Shown here one piece after another: positions 8,737 to 17,050 of a stretch of DNA of 64,000 nt. A program made the translations under genes and the position numbers. Positions within the stretch are counted from its first letter, which is position 1. The number at the start of each line of letters is the position of its first letter. The DNA comes from Nitrososphaeria archaeon. Lineage in GTDB: Archaea; Thermoproteota; Nitrososphaeria; Nitrososphaerales; JAAOZN01. The stretch covers positions 1 through 64,000 of the forward strand of contig JARVJZ010000001.1 in assembly GCA_029775855.1 (NCBI GenBank), in the 5' to 3' direction. The notes below the pieces were generated by a model. That model was not told the DNA's origin. It searched no databases and was given only the letters and a program-made list of their open reading frames with translations.

Positions 8737-10341
8737 TTAATTTGAAGGTACGCCCACAGCTCTCCCCTCAACATATATTGGTGGGAATAAGAATGTGCCG
8801 TGCTCATCAAGATCATACTTCAACTTCAACCACCTTGATACATACTCTTGATGAACATACTTGGGGTTAAGATCTCCAAATAGAGTAGGATGCAGTATCC
8901 TTGCTAAGTAGACCGCGCCCAGAACGCTACCCATAGCATTATTTCTAAAGTCTCCAGCCATCAAGTATACTTGCTTATTGCTCACTGCTTTGGTTTTTGC
9001 AAGTAGTTCTCTTGATGCAATATCAGACCAAATCTTCTCCAAGTCAGTTTTATCGTCTACATCATAGCCATATGGTGGGCTCTGTGTTGCAGCGCCATAA
9101 GTATACCTTACACAGTGTATAAAGATATATTCTGGATTCTTTTCTAAAACCCATTCTGGGTCTATCGTAGTATAGTAGCTTGTGCTTTGCCAATCAGCAA
9201 GATCCATCGCTATAGGTTTGCCGCCTGCCAGTAGACACATCTGTGAAAGCGGGTCACGAAGGGTATATGTTCGTATAGATTTCTCCTGGGGATTTCTAAA
9301 GTAGCCTACCATACCAGTCATAAGAACTTTTGGCTTCTTATCGTCTGTGAGGCCAGTTGTCCTACTCTTTATCAATTCTATTAAGCTTATTAGCCAATCT
9401 ATGTATGCTTTAGCTTTATCTGGCTCTCCAAGAATATAACCAGCTTTCATAACCCCTTGTATAAAGCGGGACTCCCTTGGGTTAAAGACATCAGGCCAAT
9501 ACAGCCCAAGAAAGATGACCGTAGTATCAGGGAGCTTCGCTTGTTTCTCATCAACATCGGGTGAAAAGCTAAAGATTGCATCGAGTCTTAAGCTTGTGAC
9601 GAGCTCATAGTCTGGTCTAAACATATTTCCAAGGTTCACAACTTTATCCGCGATCTCTTGTAGGTAAAAGTGGCGAAGCTGGTAAGGCGCAAAGTCTACT
9701 GCTATCACCCTATCTATGGCGCCGAGGATACGCACCAGTTCAATATTGCTAAGGTATTCAACACCAAGCCTCTTGATAGGCATCTTAACTTTAAGTGGTT
9801 TTCCGTTTCCATCTAAGATAAATAAGAAGGACGCTTCACCTTTAATGATTGCTTCAACGTGTCGTAGGTCTTGTTCATCTACCTTACCATCCATATTAGC
9901 ATCTGCAAATGTCGTCGATGCTACTTCTCCTTTTAGGATCGACTGGATGTAGTAAAGATCTTTTATATCTATGGCTTCATCTAAATTAGCATTCCCATAG
10001 ATCTCCAAAACAAACCTAGGCTCTTGAGTCGTTTGAACGGTTACAGTTTGAGTTGTGGTTTGTGTTTTGGTTATTGGTTGTGTAATCGTTTGTGTCACTG
10101 CAACTGGACATGTTGTTAATGTGCTGGTCTCTTTAACGGTAGTAGATTCTGTGATAGTTGTAGTGTAGGTTTGTGTAATCGTCTTTGTTTCACTTAACGT
10201 TTTAACAGAATATACTGTTGTTGTGCTTGGTGTTATGTTGGCTACTTGCCAGGAAACCGCCCCAGCGACCAAAGCTAAAATGATTACTACAACAATTAGA
10301 GTGGCTTCAAGTTTTGTGATGGATAAAGTTGCATTTCTCAT
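8737..10341 (-). CDS. Metal-chelate ABC substrate-binding protein (BtuF/FepB-like) with Thr-rich linker and dockerin-like repeat
   Basis: N-terminal TM, Thr-rich linker, paired GNANLD/ADANMDG repeats, then IDPEWVLEKNPEYIF, KAVSNKQVY and YLARILHPTLF. Confidence 0.85.
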   Translation of the reverse strand: MRNATLSITKLEATLIVVVIILALVAGAVSWQVANITPSTTTVYSVKTLSETKTITQTYTTTITESTTVKETSTLTTCPVAVTQTITQPITKTQTTTQTVTVQTTQEPRFVLEIYGNANLDEAIDIKDLYYIQSILKGEVASTTFADANMDGKVDEQDLRHVEAIIKGEASFLFILDGNGKPLKVKMPIKRLGVEYLSNIELVRILGAIDRVIAVDFAPYQLRHFYLQEIADKVVNLGNMFRPDYELVTSLRLDAIFSFSPDVDEKQAKLPDTTVIFLGLYWPDVFNPRESRFIQGVMKAGYILGEPDKAKAYIDWLISLIELIKSRTTGLTDDKKPKVLMTGMVGYFRNPQEKSIRTYTLRDPLSQMCLLAGGKPIAMDLADWQSTSYYTTIDPEWVLEKNPEYIFIHCVRYTYGAATQSPPYGYDVDDKTDLEKIWSDIASRELLAKTKAVSNKQVYLMAGDFRNNAMGSVLGAVYLARILHPTLFGDLNPKYVHQEYVSRWLKLKYDLDEHGTFLFPPIYVEGRAVGVPSN

Positions 10342-10354
10342 TACATCTTCCTCC

Positions 10355-10384
10355 AGTATTAACTTTTTATCTATTCGTAATACT
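10355..10384. promoter_or_regulatory. NikR-like operator in the divergent promoter of the ABC system
   Basis: Perfect inverted repeat AGTATTA-N16-TAATACT, with the same spacing as the E. coli NikR site GTATGA-N16-TCATAC. Confidence 0.6.
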
Positions 10385-10410
10385 TATATCGAATCCGTTA
10401 TTTAACTATT

Positions 10411-11244
10411 GTGGTGTGTGCTGGTTTGCAGCTAATCGTAGATGGATTAAGATTCAGCTATCAGAGCTCAGAGGTTCTTAAAGGCGTCTCTTTCGAATTA
10501 AACGACCATGAAATCTTAGGAGTGATAGGCCCTAATGGTTCTGGGAAGACTACTCTTCTTAAGTGCATAAATATGGTGCTGAAACCTAAGCAAGGGCTGG
10601 TTCTTTTCGATGGAAATGATGTAAAGAGGATGGAAAGGCTGGATGTGGCTAAGATTTTTGGTTATGTGCCGCAGAATGCACAATTAACTTTTGATACCCC
10701 AACTGTCTTTGAATGTGTACTTATGGGTCGCAGACCATATGTTTCTTGGAGATGCAGCCCAGAGGATTTTGAAAAGACTTGGTCAGCCTTGGCAGCCCTT
10801 GGTATAGAGCGCTTTGCTATGCGCAGACTTAGTGAGTTGAGTAGTGGTGAACAGCAGAAGGTGCTTATTGCAAGGGCTTTGGCCCAAGAAGCGAAGGTGC
10901 TCCTGCTTGATGAACCAACTAGTAACCTTGACATTAAGCATCAGCTTGAGGTGATGAATATTATGAAGGATTTGGTGATCTTTAAAGGGCTTTCAGCCAT
11001 CGTAGCGATTCATGATCTTAACCTTGCTTCGATATATTGTGATAAGCTTCTTTTGCTAAGAGAAGGTGAAGTTGTTGCTGTTGGTAAACCGAAGGATGTA
11101 CTAACCGTGGAGAGGATTAAAGATGTTTATGGTGTTGATGTTGACATAGAAATCAAGGATGATAGAGTATGTATTACTGTGCTACCAAATAGTTTGAATT
11201 GTTCACCATCGAACCTAATATCCGTAAATAGAAAAAAGGCATAA
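10411..11244 (+). CDS. Metal-chelate ABC transporter ATP-binding protein (FepC/BtuD-like)
   Basis: GPNGSGKT, LSSGEQQ, LLLDEPTSNLD, HDLNLA. Confidence 0.93.
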   Translation: MVCAGLQLIVDGLRFSYQSSEVLKGVSFELNDHEILGVIGPNGSGKTTLLKCINMVLKPKQGLVLFDGNDVKRMERLDVAKIFGYVPQNAQLTFDTPTVFECVLMGRRPYVSWRCSPEDFEKTWSALAALGIERFAMRRLSELSSGEQQKVLIARALAQEAKVLLLDEPTSNLDIKHQLEVMNIMKDLVIFKGLSAIVAIHDLNLASIYCDKLLLLREGEVVAVGKPKDVLTVERIKDVYGVDVDIEIKDDRVCITVLPNSLNCSPSNLISVNRKKA

Positions 11245-11298
11245 TAAAGCCACCCTACAAAAGAACCATAAACCTATCTGGATAATAGCGTCAGCAGA

Positions 11299-11377
11299 GG
11301 GCCCGTGGCCTAGCATGGATCAAGGCGTCGGCCTTCGGAGCCGAAGAACAGGGGTTCAAATCCCCTCGGGCCCGCCA
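11299..11377 (+). tRNA. tRNA-Arg(UCG), intronless, CCA encoded
   Basis: Acceptor stem GGGCCCG/CGGGCCC; anticodon arm TCGGC-CT-TCG-GA-GCCGA; T arm AGGGG-TTCAAAT-CCCCT; ends GCCA. Confidence 0.95.
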
Positions 11378-11495
11378 CTCATTGCAGCGCCAGTAAAGGA
11401 ACGAAGATAATAGAATTAAGCAGTAGAATGCTTGGGAACTAAGGGTGTTCTTAAGTTTGTGGAAGAAGTAGACTGTGCCGATATCTTTGAAAGAA

Positions 11496-11511
11496 ACATA
11501 TTTAAGTATGT
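11496..11511 (+). promoter_or_regulatory. TATA box inside a short inverted repeat, promoter of the thioredoxin-MtrA-like operon
   Basis: ACATA-TTTAAG-TATGT about 30 bp upstream of ATG 11535, preceded by an A-rich BRE-like GAAAGAA. Confidence 0.4.
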
Positions 11512-11534
11512 GAATCTGTTATAAGGATAGGGAT

Positions 11535-11801
11535 ATGGAAACCAAGGTTTTGGGTGTGGTGAAGGTTCTTGGGACGGGATGCCCGCGCTGCCAAGAAACA
11601 AAGAGGCTTGTGATAAACGCTCTAGCAGAGCTTCAGCTTGCCGCGGATGTGCAAGAAGTTAAAGATCCTCGAGAGATTGCGAAGCACGGGGTGATGTTCA
11701 CTCCAGCCATCATCATAAATAATCAGCTTGTCTCTCAAGGTAGAGTGCCAACGTATGATGAAGTGAAGAAGTGGTTTGCTGAAAGAGCATCTAAAACATA
11801 G
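11535..11801 (+). CDS. Small thioredoxin-family redox-active disulfide protein (MTH895-like, typical of ars operons)
   Basis: KVLGTGCPRC, GVMFTPAIIIN, GRVP. Confidence 0.9.
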   Translation: METKVLGVVKVLGTGCPRCQETKRLVINALAELQLAADVQEVKDPREIAKHGVMFTPAIIINNQLVSQGRVPTYDEVKKWFAERASKT

Positions 11802-11817
11802 CCCCACCGTGATTTAG

Positions 11818-12540
11818 ATGAGTAAAATAGATTACGCTAAGATGCAGAGTGAACTCACGAAAATCCTTAACCTAAAGTTTCCTCCAGTGGCTGTAGCGTT
11901 AATCAGAAAGGAGGGTGACATTCCTAAAGATGTAGCTGAGCTCGATAAGCCGATGTTCTACTGTGGTATGATAAAGTATGCGATGCTCGGAAACACATTC
12001 TATGCTAAGGAGAACAAGCATAGCTGTAGGCGAGGAGCAGCGGCGCTTGGGATGATCGAAATACCAGAAGATGAAAGGACTGGAGAGTTCTATCTAAACA
12101 AGGAATCATGCAGCTCCCTAAGAGCAGCTGTAAGGTTCGTGTTGGAGTCGCCAAGCCTTGAGCCTAGAAGCGTCTATGCAACACTGCTTTCACCTTTGGA
12201 GAAGACTCCCGTTGACCCTGACGTGGTAATTATGGAGATGATTCCGAGGAGAGCTTTCGAAGTCATGCACGCATCCATATTCGACATAGGTGGTAAAGTA
12301 GAAAGCTGGATGTCCGCTCCAAGACAGCTCTGCGGAGCATCCACAGTCAGACCCTATTTGGGGAAGTTGAACATAACCTTCGCCTGCGAGTTTGCAAGAA
12401 TGGCTGCGAAAGCCTTTGGTGCTAAATATATGGACGAAGGGGTTATCCTAGGAATTCCTGGAGAGCTGCTTCAGACGGTTGTAGAGAATCTTGGCAGAAT
12501 TGGGTATGTGAGGAAACGACTCGGGACAATTACGGTCTAA
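11818..12540 (+). CDS. DUF169 family protein
   Basis: L.L..PPVAV, FYCGMI, SCRRGAAALG, SPLEKTPVDPDVV, QLCG, FACEFAR, GIP. Confidence 0.85.
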   Translation: MSKIDYAKMQSELTKILNLKFPPVAVALIRKEGDIPKDVAELDKPMFYCGMIKYAMLGNTFYAKENKHSCRRGAAALGMIEIPEDERTGEFYLNKESCSSLRAAVRFVLESPSLEPRSVYATLLSPLEKTPVDPDVVIMEMIPRRAFEVMHASIFDIGGKVESWMSAPRQLCGASTVRPYLGKLNITFACEFARMAAKAFGAKYMDEGVILGIPGELLQTVVENLGRIGYVRKRLGTITV

Positions 12541-13599
12541 GTGGCGGATATGCGTCTAAGAATAGGTGCTTTGGAAGGCTGGCATCTAATCCGCACAAGC
12601 ATACTGCTTGCATTCATAATCTCAGTTATCGTTGGTTTAATCTACTCTAGAGTTATGGCTTATTCGCTCGCACCAACCCTAAGCGTGGCAGACCTTCACG
12701 GGCTTCCAATATGGCAGATCCCAATAGCCTACCTTATAGACTACTTCAGCCACGGCTGGCTCTGTCTACTCTTCGCCTTCATAGCCGCTGGTTTAATCTA
12801 CGAGCTTATACCCAAGCATCTAATCACAACATATATGAGGAGCGGCAGAGCAGCAGGGTACCTTCTAGCTCTTGTTGCAGCACCCTTCTTAACAGTCTGT
12901 TCATGCACCATGGTTCCTCTTTTCGCAGGAGTACTCTATAGCGGCGCTGGTATAGGGCCAGCAATCACCTTCCTCTTGATGGCGCCCTCAGCTAACATAC
13001 TTGCCATACTTGTCACAGGGGATCTACTATATTGGGAGCTGGCTTGGGTGCGTATAGTGGTATCGGTTATTGTCGCGCTTTCGGCGGGTATTGTAGTCTC
13101 TAAAACACCTTGGGGTAAGCTGGTGGAGAAGGAGTGTCACAACACTGCGCAAACCGCCGTTGTAGTAAGCGGTTTAGAGCAGCCTCTAGACGAAAAGCTC
13201 TGGGCTGCTTTAAAGTTCGGGGGGTATCTAGCTAAGCAGATCCTACCATACTTCATCATCGGGTTAATCGCTGTAAGCTATGTTGAAGCATACCTCCCCA
13301 GTGATATAGTAGGAAGCTACTTAACCGGAATAGGTGGTATATTAATAGCATCAGTCCTTGGGGGTCCACTTTACACACCTACTCTCGTGGAGATCGTTGT
13401 AGGTAAGGGTCTATGGAGCTTAGGTATGTCAAAAGGCGCTTTGCTAGCTTGGCTCATGGGTCAACCCTATGATATCGCAAACGCATTAGCCGTATCTAAA
13501 ATAGCGAAGTGGAAGGTGGTGTTAACATATATGGTGATAGCGTGGTTTGGAAGCGTAGTATTTGGTCTGCTGTATGGAGTGTTAAGCGGAAGCCTCTAG
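12541..13599 (+). CDS. ArsP/DUF318-family permease
   Basis: PFLTVCSCTMVP, GPAITFLLMAP, GGPLY; two-repeat multi-TM topology. Confidence 0.85.
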   Translation: MADMRLRIGALEGWHLIRTSILLAFIISVIVGLIYSRVMAYSLAPTLSVADLHGLPIWQIPIAYLIDYFSHGWLCLLFAFIAAGLIYELIPKHLITTYMRSGRAAGYLLALVAAPFLTVCSCTMVPLFAGVLYSGAGIGPAITFLLMAPSANILAILVTGDLLYWELAWVRIVVSVIVALSAGIVVSKTPWGKLVEKECHNTAQTAVVVSGLEQPLDEKLWAALKFGGYLAKQILPYFIIGLIAVSYVEAYLPSDIVGSYLTGIGGILIASVLGGPLYTPTLVEIVVGKGLWSLGMSKGALLAWLMGQPYDIANALAVSKIAKWKVVLTYMVIAWFGSVVFGLLYGVLSGSL

Positions 13600-13608
13600 G
13601 TTACCTCT

Positions 13609-14370
13609 ATGTCTGGAAAGAAGATTCTTAAAGTGCCACCGCCGCCTGAATACCCACCTGAAGAAGGCAGCTACTTAAGGGGAAACGACTTTTCTCCAGC
13701 AGCAGTCTGCGTGCTACTACACACCTTCTATGACAAGATACCTGACTGGATGCAGGCTTTAGTTAAAGTAGGTGTTGAAAACGGTGCAGCATTATCCGGA
13801 TACCTTCAGACTGAAAACATTGGAGTTGAAAAGATAATCTGCAATATCGTAGCGAATCCAAACATACGCTACTTAATAGTGTGTGGTGTCGAATCAATGG
13901 GTCACCAACCAGGTCAAACCCTACAAGCCCTCGTGGATAACGGTGTTGACGATAAGCGTAGGATAATAGGGGCTAAAGCACCCACACCATACCTCTACAA
14001 CATACCCCTAGAGGCTATTGAACGCTTCAGGAAGCAGATAACCCTAGTAAATCTAGCCTTACTCGAAGACGTCACATTAGCGAGAAAACCAGAGGTAATA
14101 AAAGAGGCTATTAGATGCTGCTATCAAGAAGAACCAACAAACTTCATGCAATGGACCTTGTATGATCCAGGGGCATATCCGGCTGAGCCTATGTGTTTTA
14201 AGATCACTTGGCGCATCGAAAGACCTTGGGCGGTCTTTTCAGAGAAGGAGGAGGAAGTATTAAAGAAGACTGTCGAAGCGGCGAAGAAAGAAAGCGAAAA
14301 AGAGAGACGCCGAAAAGAAGCTGAAGAACTGCTAGAACTGCTTGGCGTTAGGAGAAACGGAAAGGGTTAG
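13609..14370 (+). CDS. mtrA: Soluble MtrA-like corrinoid protein (tetrahydromethanopterin S-methyltransferase subunit A homolog)
   Basis: YPPEEGSY..GN..SPAAVC, TENIGVEKIICNIVANPNIRYLIVCG.E..GH..GQ (cobamide His), RRIIGA...P.L.N, IERFRKQ, DPGAY. The C-terminus is charged, with no TM anchor. Confidence 0.88.
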   Translation: MSGKKILKVPPPPEYPPEEGSYLRGNDFSPAAVCVLLHTFYDKIPDWMQALVKVGVENGAALSGYLQTENIGVEKIICNIVANPNIRYLIVCGVESMGHQPGQTLQALVDNGVDDKRRIIGAKAPTPYLYNIPLEAIERFRKQITLVNLALLEDVTLARKPEVIKEAIRCCYQEEPTNFMQWTLYDPGAYPAEPMCFKITWRIERPWAVFSEKEEEVLKKTVEAAKKESEKERRRKEAEELLELLGVRRNGKG

Positions 14371-14696
14371 CGATTTGAAGGCCATCAAAGTCTTATCATC
14401 TTCTAAAGAATATTCTATTGTATTAACTAAGTTGTAAAGGCTAAGCAAAAATATTAGGAGGATAATGGTGTTAACGATAAATGTTTTGATGTAAAGTTTC
14501 TATTTTACTCTATTCATCTATTACTTTAGGCATTATCTTGGCATCTGCTTTAGCTTCTCTGCACAAATCTGCTGGAGAAACTTAAACGGTTAAGAATTGA
14601 ACCTTGGGAATGGTTGGGAAGCTTCTTAAGTTAGCAAAATGCGTGTTGGTGAACATGTTTGATGCATAGTAATGTTGATAAAATTGTGTCAAAAGA

Positions 14697-15227
14697 GTGA
14701 GGTTAGGTTTGGAGCCTCTAATCCACTTTGTTATACCTTTTGTTGCTTTGATGCTAGTTGGTGTTAAGTTTAAGAACGCTCTGCTGCTATCACTATTTGC
14801 ATTAGCACCAGATTTAGATGCCTTATTTCTTATACATAGATCCTTCACACACTCAATACCATTTCTTCTCTTAGCAGCAGCACCTTTACTGTTCATAATC
14901 TACAGGCTTAACGCGAAGCTTCTAAGGTATGGGTTTATCGCGCTGCTATCTATGTTGTCTCATGTAGTGTTAGATCTTCCGGCAGGCTATACGCCTATTC
15001 TTTGGCCTCTCTACAACTACTCGATTTGGTTTCAAGGTGATTTATTTGCGCATATTGGAAGTGCACCTACTTTATCGTTAAATCTACACATATTAACTGA
15101 GCCTATAACCTTTAGGTATCTGGGAAGCCTTGATGCACCACTTTTCACAGGCAGCGGTTTAATACTCGCACTTACTATTCTCACACCCTTCTTTGTTAAA
15201 ATAATTGTCCAAAGTTTTCGCTCCTAG
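14697..15227 (+). CDS. Membrane-bound metal-dependent hydrolase (YdjM-like)
   Basis: H, APDLD, HRSFTHS and SHVVLD motifs. Confidence 0.82.
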   Translation: MRLGLEPLIHFVIPFVALMLVGVKFKNALLLSLFALAPDLDALFLIHRSFTHSIPFLLLAAAPLLFIIYRLNAKLLRYGFIALLSMLSHVVLDLPAGYTPILWPLYNYSIWFQGDLFAHIGSAPTLSLNLHILTEPITFRYLGSLDAPLFTGSGLILALTILTPFFVKIIVQSFRS

Positions 15228-15256
15228 CATTGGCGTATATTTGCTGTTAGTAAGAT

Positions 15257-15751
15257 TTAGAGATGCTTAGCTTTAGGATATCTGCTGTATAGGTAGAGTT
15301 GGTGGTTCCCCATGCTCAGCCAGCCTAAGTCTTCTGTCTTCTCTTCTTTAAAGAAGGTAAATAATCCTTGCTTTCCAAGCTCCTTGATGAGCCACTCTAC
15401 ATCTGTGTGGTAGTAGACAGGGTAGAGGAGGGCTTGGTGTGTAGTCGGATACTTGACTATAACTACAAAGACTGCAAGATTCTTGTGAAGTCCAAACTCT
15501 ATGCTTAATGTGCCTCTTAAATCTCTTCTAAGGATCTTTGAAAGCTCTTTTGCTTTATCCTCAGATATTGTTAGAGAGAAACCTAGGCGACCCAGCTTCT
15601 TTGTAAGTGAAACATCTTTTGGGTATATTGCTAGAACATTGTATCCTTCTTTCTTTAACTCATCTTTAATAGCATCCATGTCGCTTTGGAGTTGTAGCTT
15701 TATCTCGTTAAGCATCTTAGATACTTCGCTATCTTTTGACTTTGCTTCCAT
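15257..15751 (-). CDS. Hypothetical protein
   Basis: 164-aa ORF with ATG start and normal composition; no recognised motif. Confidence 0.6.
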   Translation of the reverse strand: MEAKSKDSEVSKMLNEIKLQLQSDMDAIKDELKKEGYNVLAIYPKDVSLTKKLGRLGFSLTISEDKAKELSKILRRDLRGTLSIEFGLHKNLAVFVVIVKYPTTHQALLYPVYYHTDVEWLIKELGKQGLFTFFKEEKTEDLGWLSMGNHQLYLYSRYPKAKHL

Positions 15752-15794
15752 GTCATCACATTTAAAACGGCTGCATATAAGTTGTTTGTATCAT

Positions 15795-16625
15795 CTACTC
15801 TTTATATCTGTGTAGTAGGCGTGTGCCTCTCGTTGTGAAGCCTATGCTGAAGTAGTAGCCAGCAACGATCTCCTTCGGCTGAAGAGCACTTAACTCCTCG
15901 ATGTCAGAATCGTAGAATTGAAGCGTAGCATCTCCAGCCCATACCTTTCCAACTTTCACACTACCTTTCTGTGTTTGCAGCTGCACTAACTCGTGCACAG
16001 TAGTTCCTTTATTCTCCACATCTATATTTGGGAAGTGTCTTGTGTGTATTAGGTCTAATGGTTTGGGCAGCTCTTCTGGGGTTGCTTCTCTCTTTATTGT
16101 TAGTGTAGCGTATGCCAACCTTTCACCGTGTGCTTCACATATAGCAGCAAGCCTGCTTCCTACGCCAAAGCTATTCACGGTTGGTAGAAGTCCATATAGA
16201 TTGGATTTACAGCCTATGAGGTGTATTCTGCCTATCTTCTTTGGGAAACCCATGAACCATCCTCTGAGCATCGTAAAGTCGTTATCGACCCAGGCGTAGA
16301 CGCATCTCTGTGCATCAACACCCCTATACCTACAATATACACCTACCAGAAGTTCCTTATATTGAGCCCTCTCAGGGTTAATGTAAAGCATATCTTCACC
16401 ACCATCCCAAATAGAAAGCCAGTCTCCGAACCAAGCGTAGCATAAAGCCGGATCTGAGTAAGGCTCTAAGGGCTCAGGCAACAAACTTCTCACGGCATCT
16501 TCATCAGCCCTAAATATTATGCTCAATAGATCTACGGCGTAGTGCCAAGGCGGAGCACCCATAAGAGAAGCCTTCCCCTCAGGTGAGAGAGGCAAGCAGA
16601 AACCTTTCAAACTATGCTTGCTCAT
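15795..16625 (-). CDS. Acetoacetate decarboxylase-like family protein
   Basis: G.ASL...PPWHY, LLPEPLEP, QYKE, WVDND...RGWFMGFPKK (Schiff-base Lys). Confidence 0.85.
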   Translation of the reverse strand: MSKHSLKGFCLPLSPEGKASLMGAPPWHYAVDLLSIIFRADEDAVRSLLPEPLEPYSDPALCYAWFGDWLSIWDGGEDMLYINPERAQYKELLVGVYCRYRGVDAQRCVYAWVDNDFTMLRGWFMGFPKKIGRIHLIGCKSNLYGLLPTVNSFGVGSRLAAICEAHGERLAYATLTIKREATPEELPKPLDLIHTRHFPNIDVENKGTTVHELVQLQTQKGSVKVGKVWAGDATLQFYDSDIEELSALQPKEIVAGYYFSIGFTTRGTRLLHRYKE

Positions 16626-16900
16626 AAAAATACGCTACATATCCCACTCAATATACCTTTCTATCAGCAACCCAATAAGCACCTCTTCGATAAAAAGATG
16701 TTGACGCTTTTCGTGGTAAGTTTCTCTAATTCAGAGCTGGTTAGGCGCTACTCGGACCTCCTCGAGATCTTAAAAGCCTATCATCAGAAGGCTGAGCCAT
16801 ATCTTACACTTGGCATTACAACACCTTACTGAAATCTATAAGGAAGCATCAAAGACCTTAAACCAGCCTAACATCAACCAACCCATAATGAGAAGATTAG

Positions 16901-17009
16901 TAGCCCGGGGCAGATTCGAACTGCCGTCACCGGCTCCAAAGGCCGGTATTCAAGAGGCTTACGCCTATGCTTGACCGCTACATTCGGCGCCTTTTTGCTC
17001 CACCGGGCT
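16901..17009 (-). tRNA. tRNA-Gln(UUG) with two non-canonical introns (10/11: 16983-16999; 24/25: 16949-16967)
   Basis: Removing 17 and 19 nt gives the 73-nt cloverleaf AGCCCGG-TG-GTGT-AGCGGTCAA-GCAT-A-CCGGC-CTTTGGA-GCCGG-TGAC-GGCAG-TTCGAAT-CTGCC-CCGGGCT-A. Both junctions fold as bulge-helix-bulge motifs. Confidence 0.92.
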
Positions 17010-17050
17010 TCCCGGGCTGAGTTACGGTTGGTTCTGTATGCTTATAATGA

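Noticed and set aside
11535-13599. Selenocysteine readthrough in the thioredoxin, DUF169 or permease
   Set aside because: All three ORFs are uninterrupted, use Cys codons and end in TAG or TAA.
13609-14370. MtrA as evidence of methanogenesis, or as HgcA
   Set aside because: No other mtr or mcr genes and no TM anchor. The HgcA cap-helix motif NVWCAAGK and an hgcB ferredoxin are absent.
17010-17018. Third tRNA-Gln intron in the acceptor stem
   Set aside because: The 9-nt unit is too short and forms no BHB, so it is treated as leader sequence.
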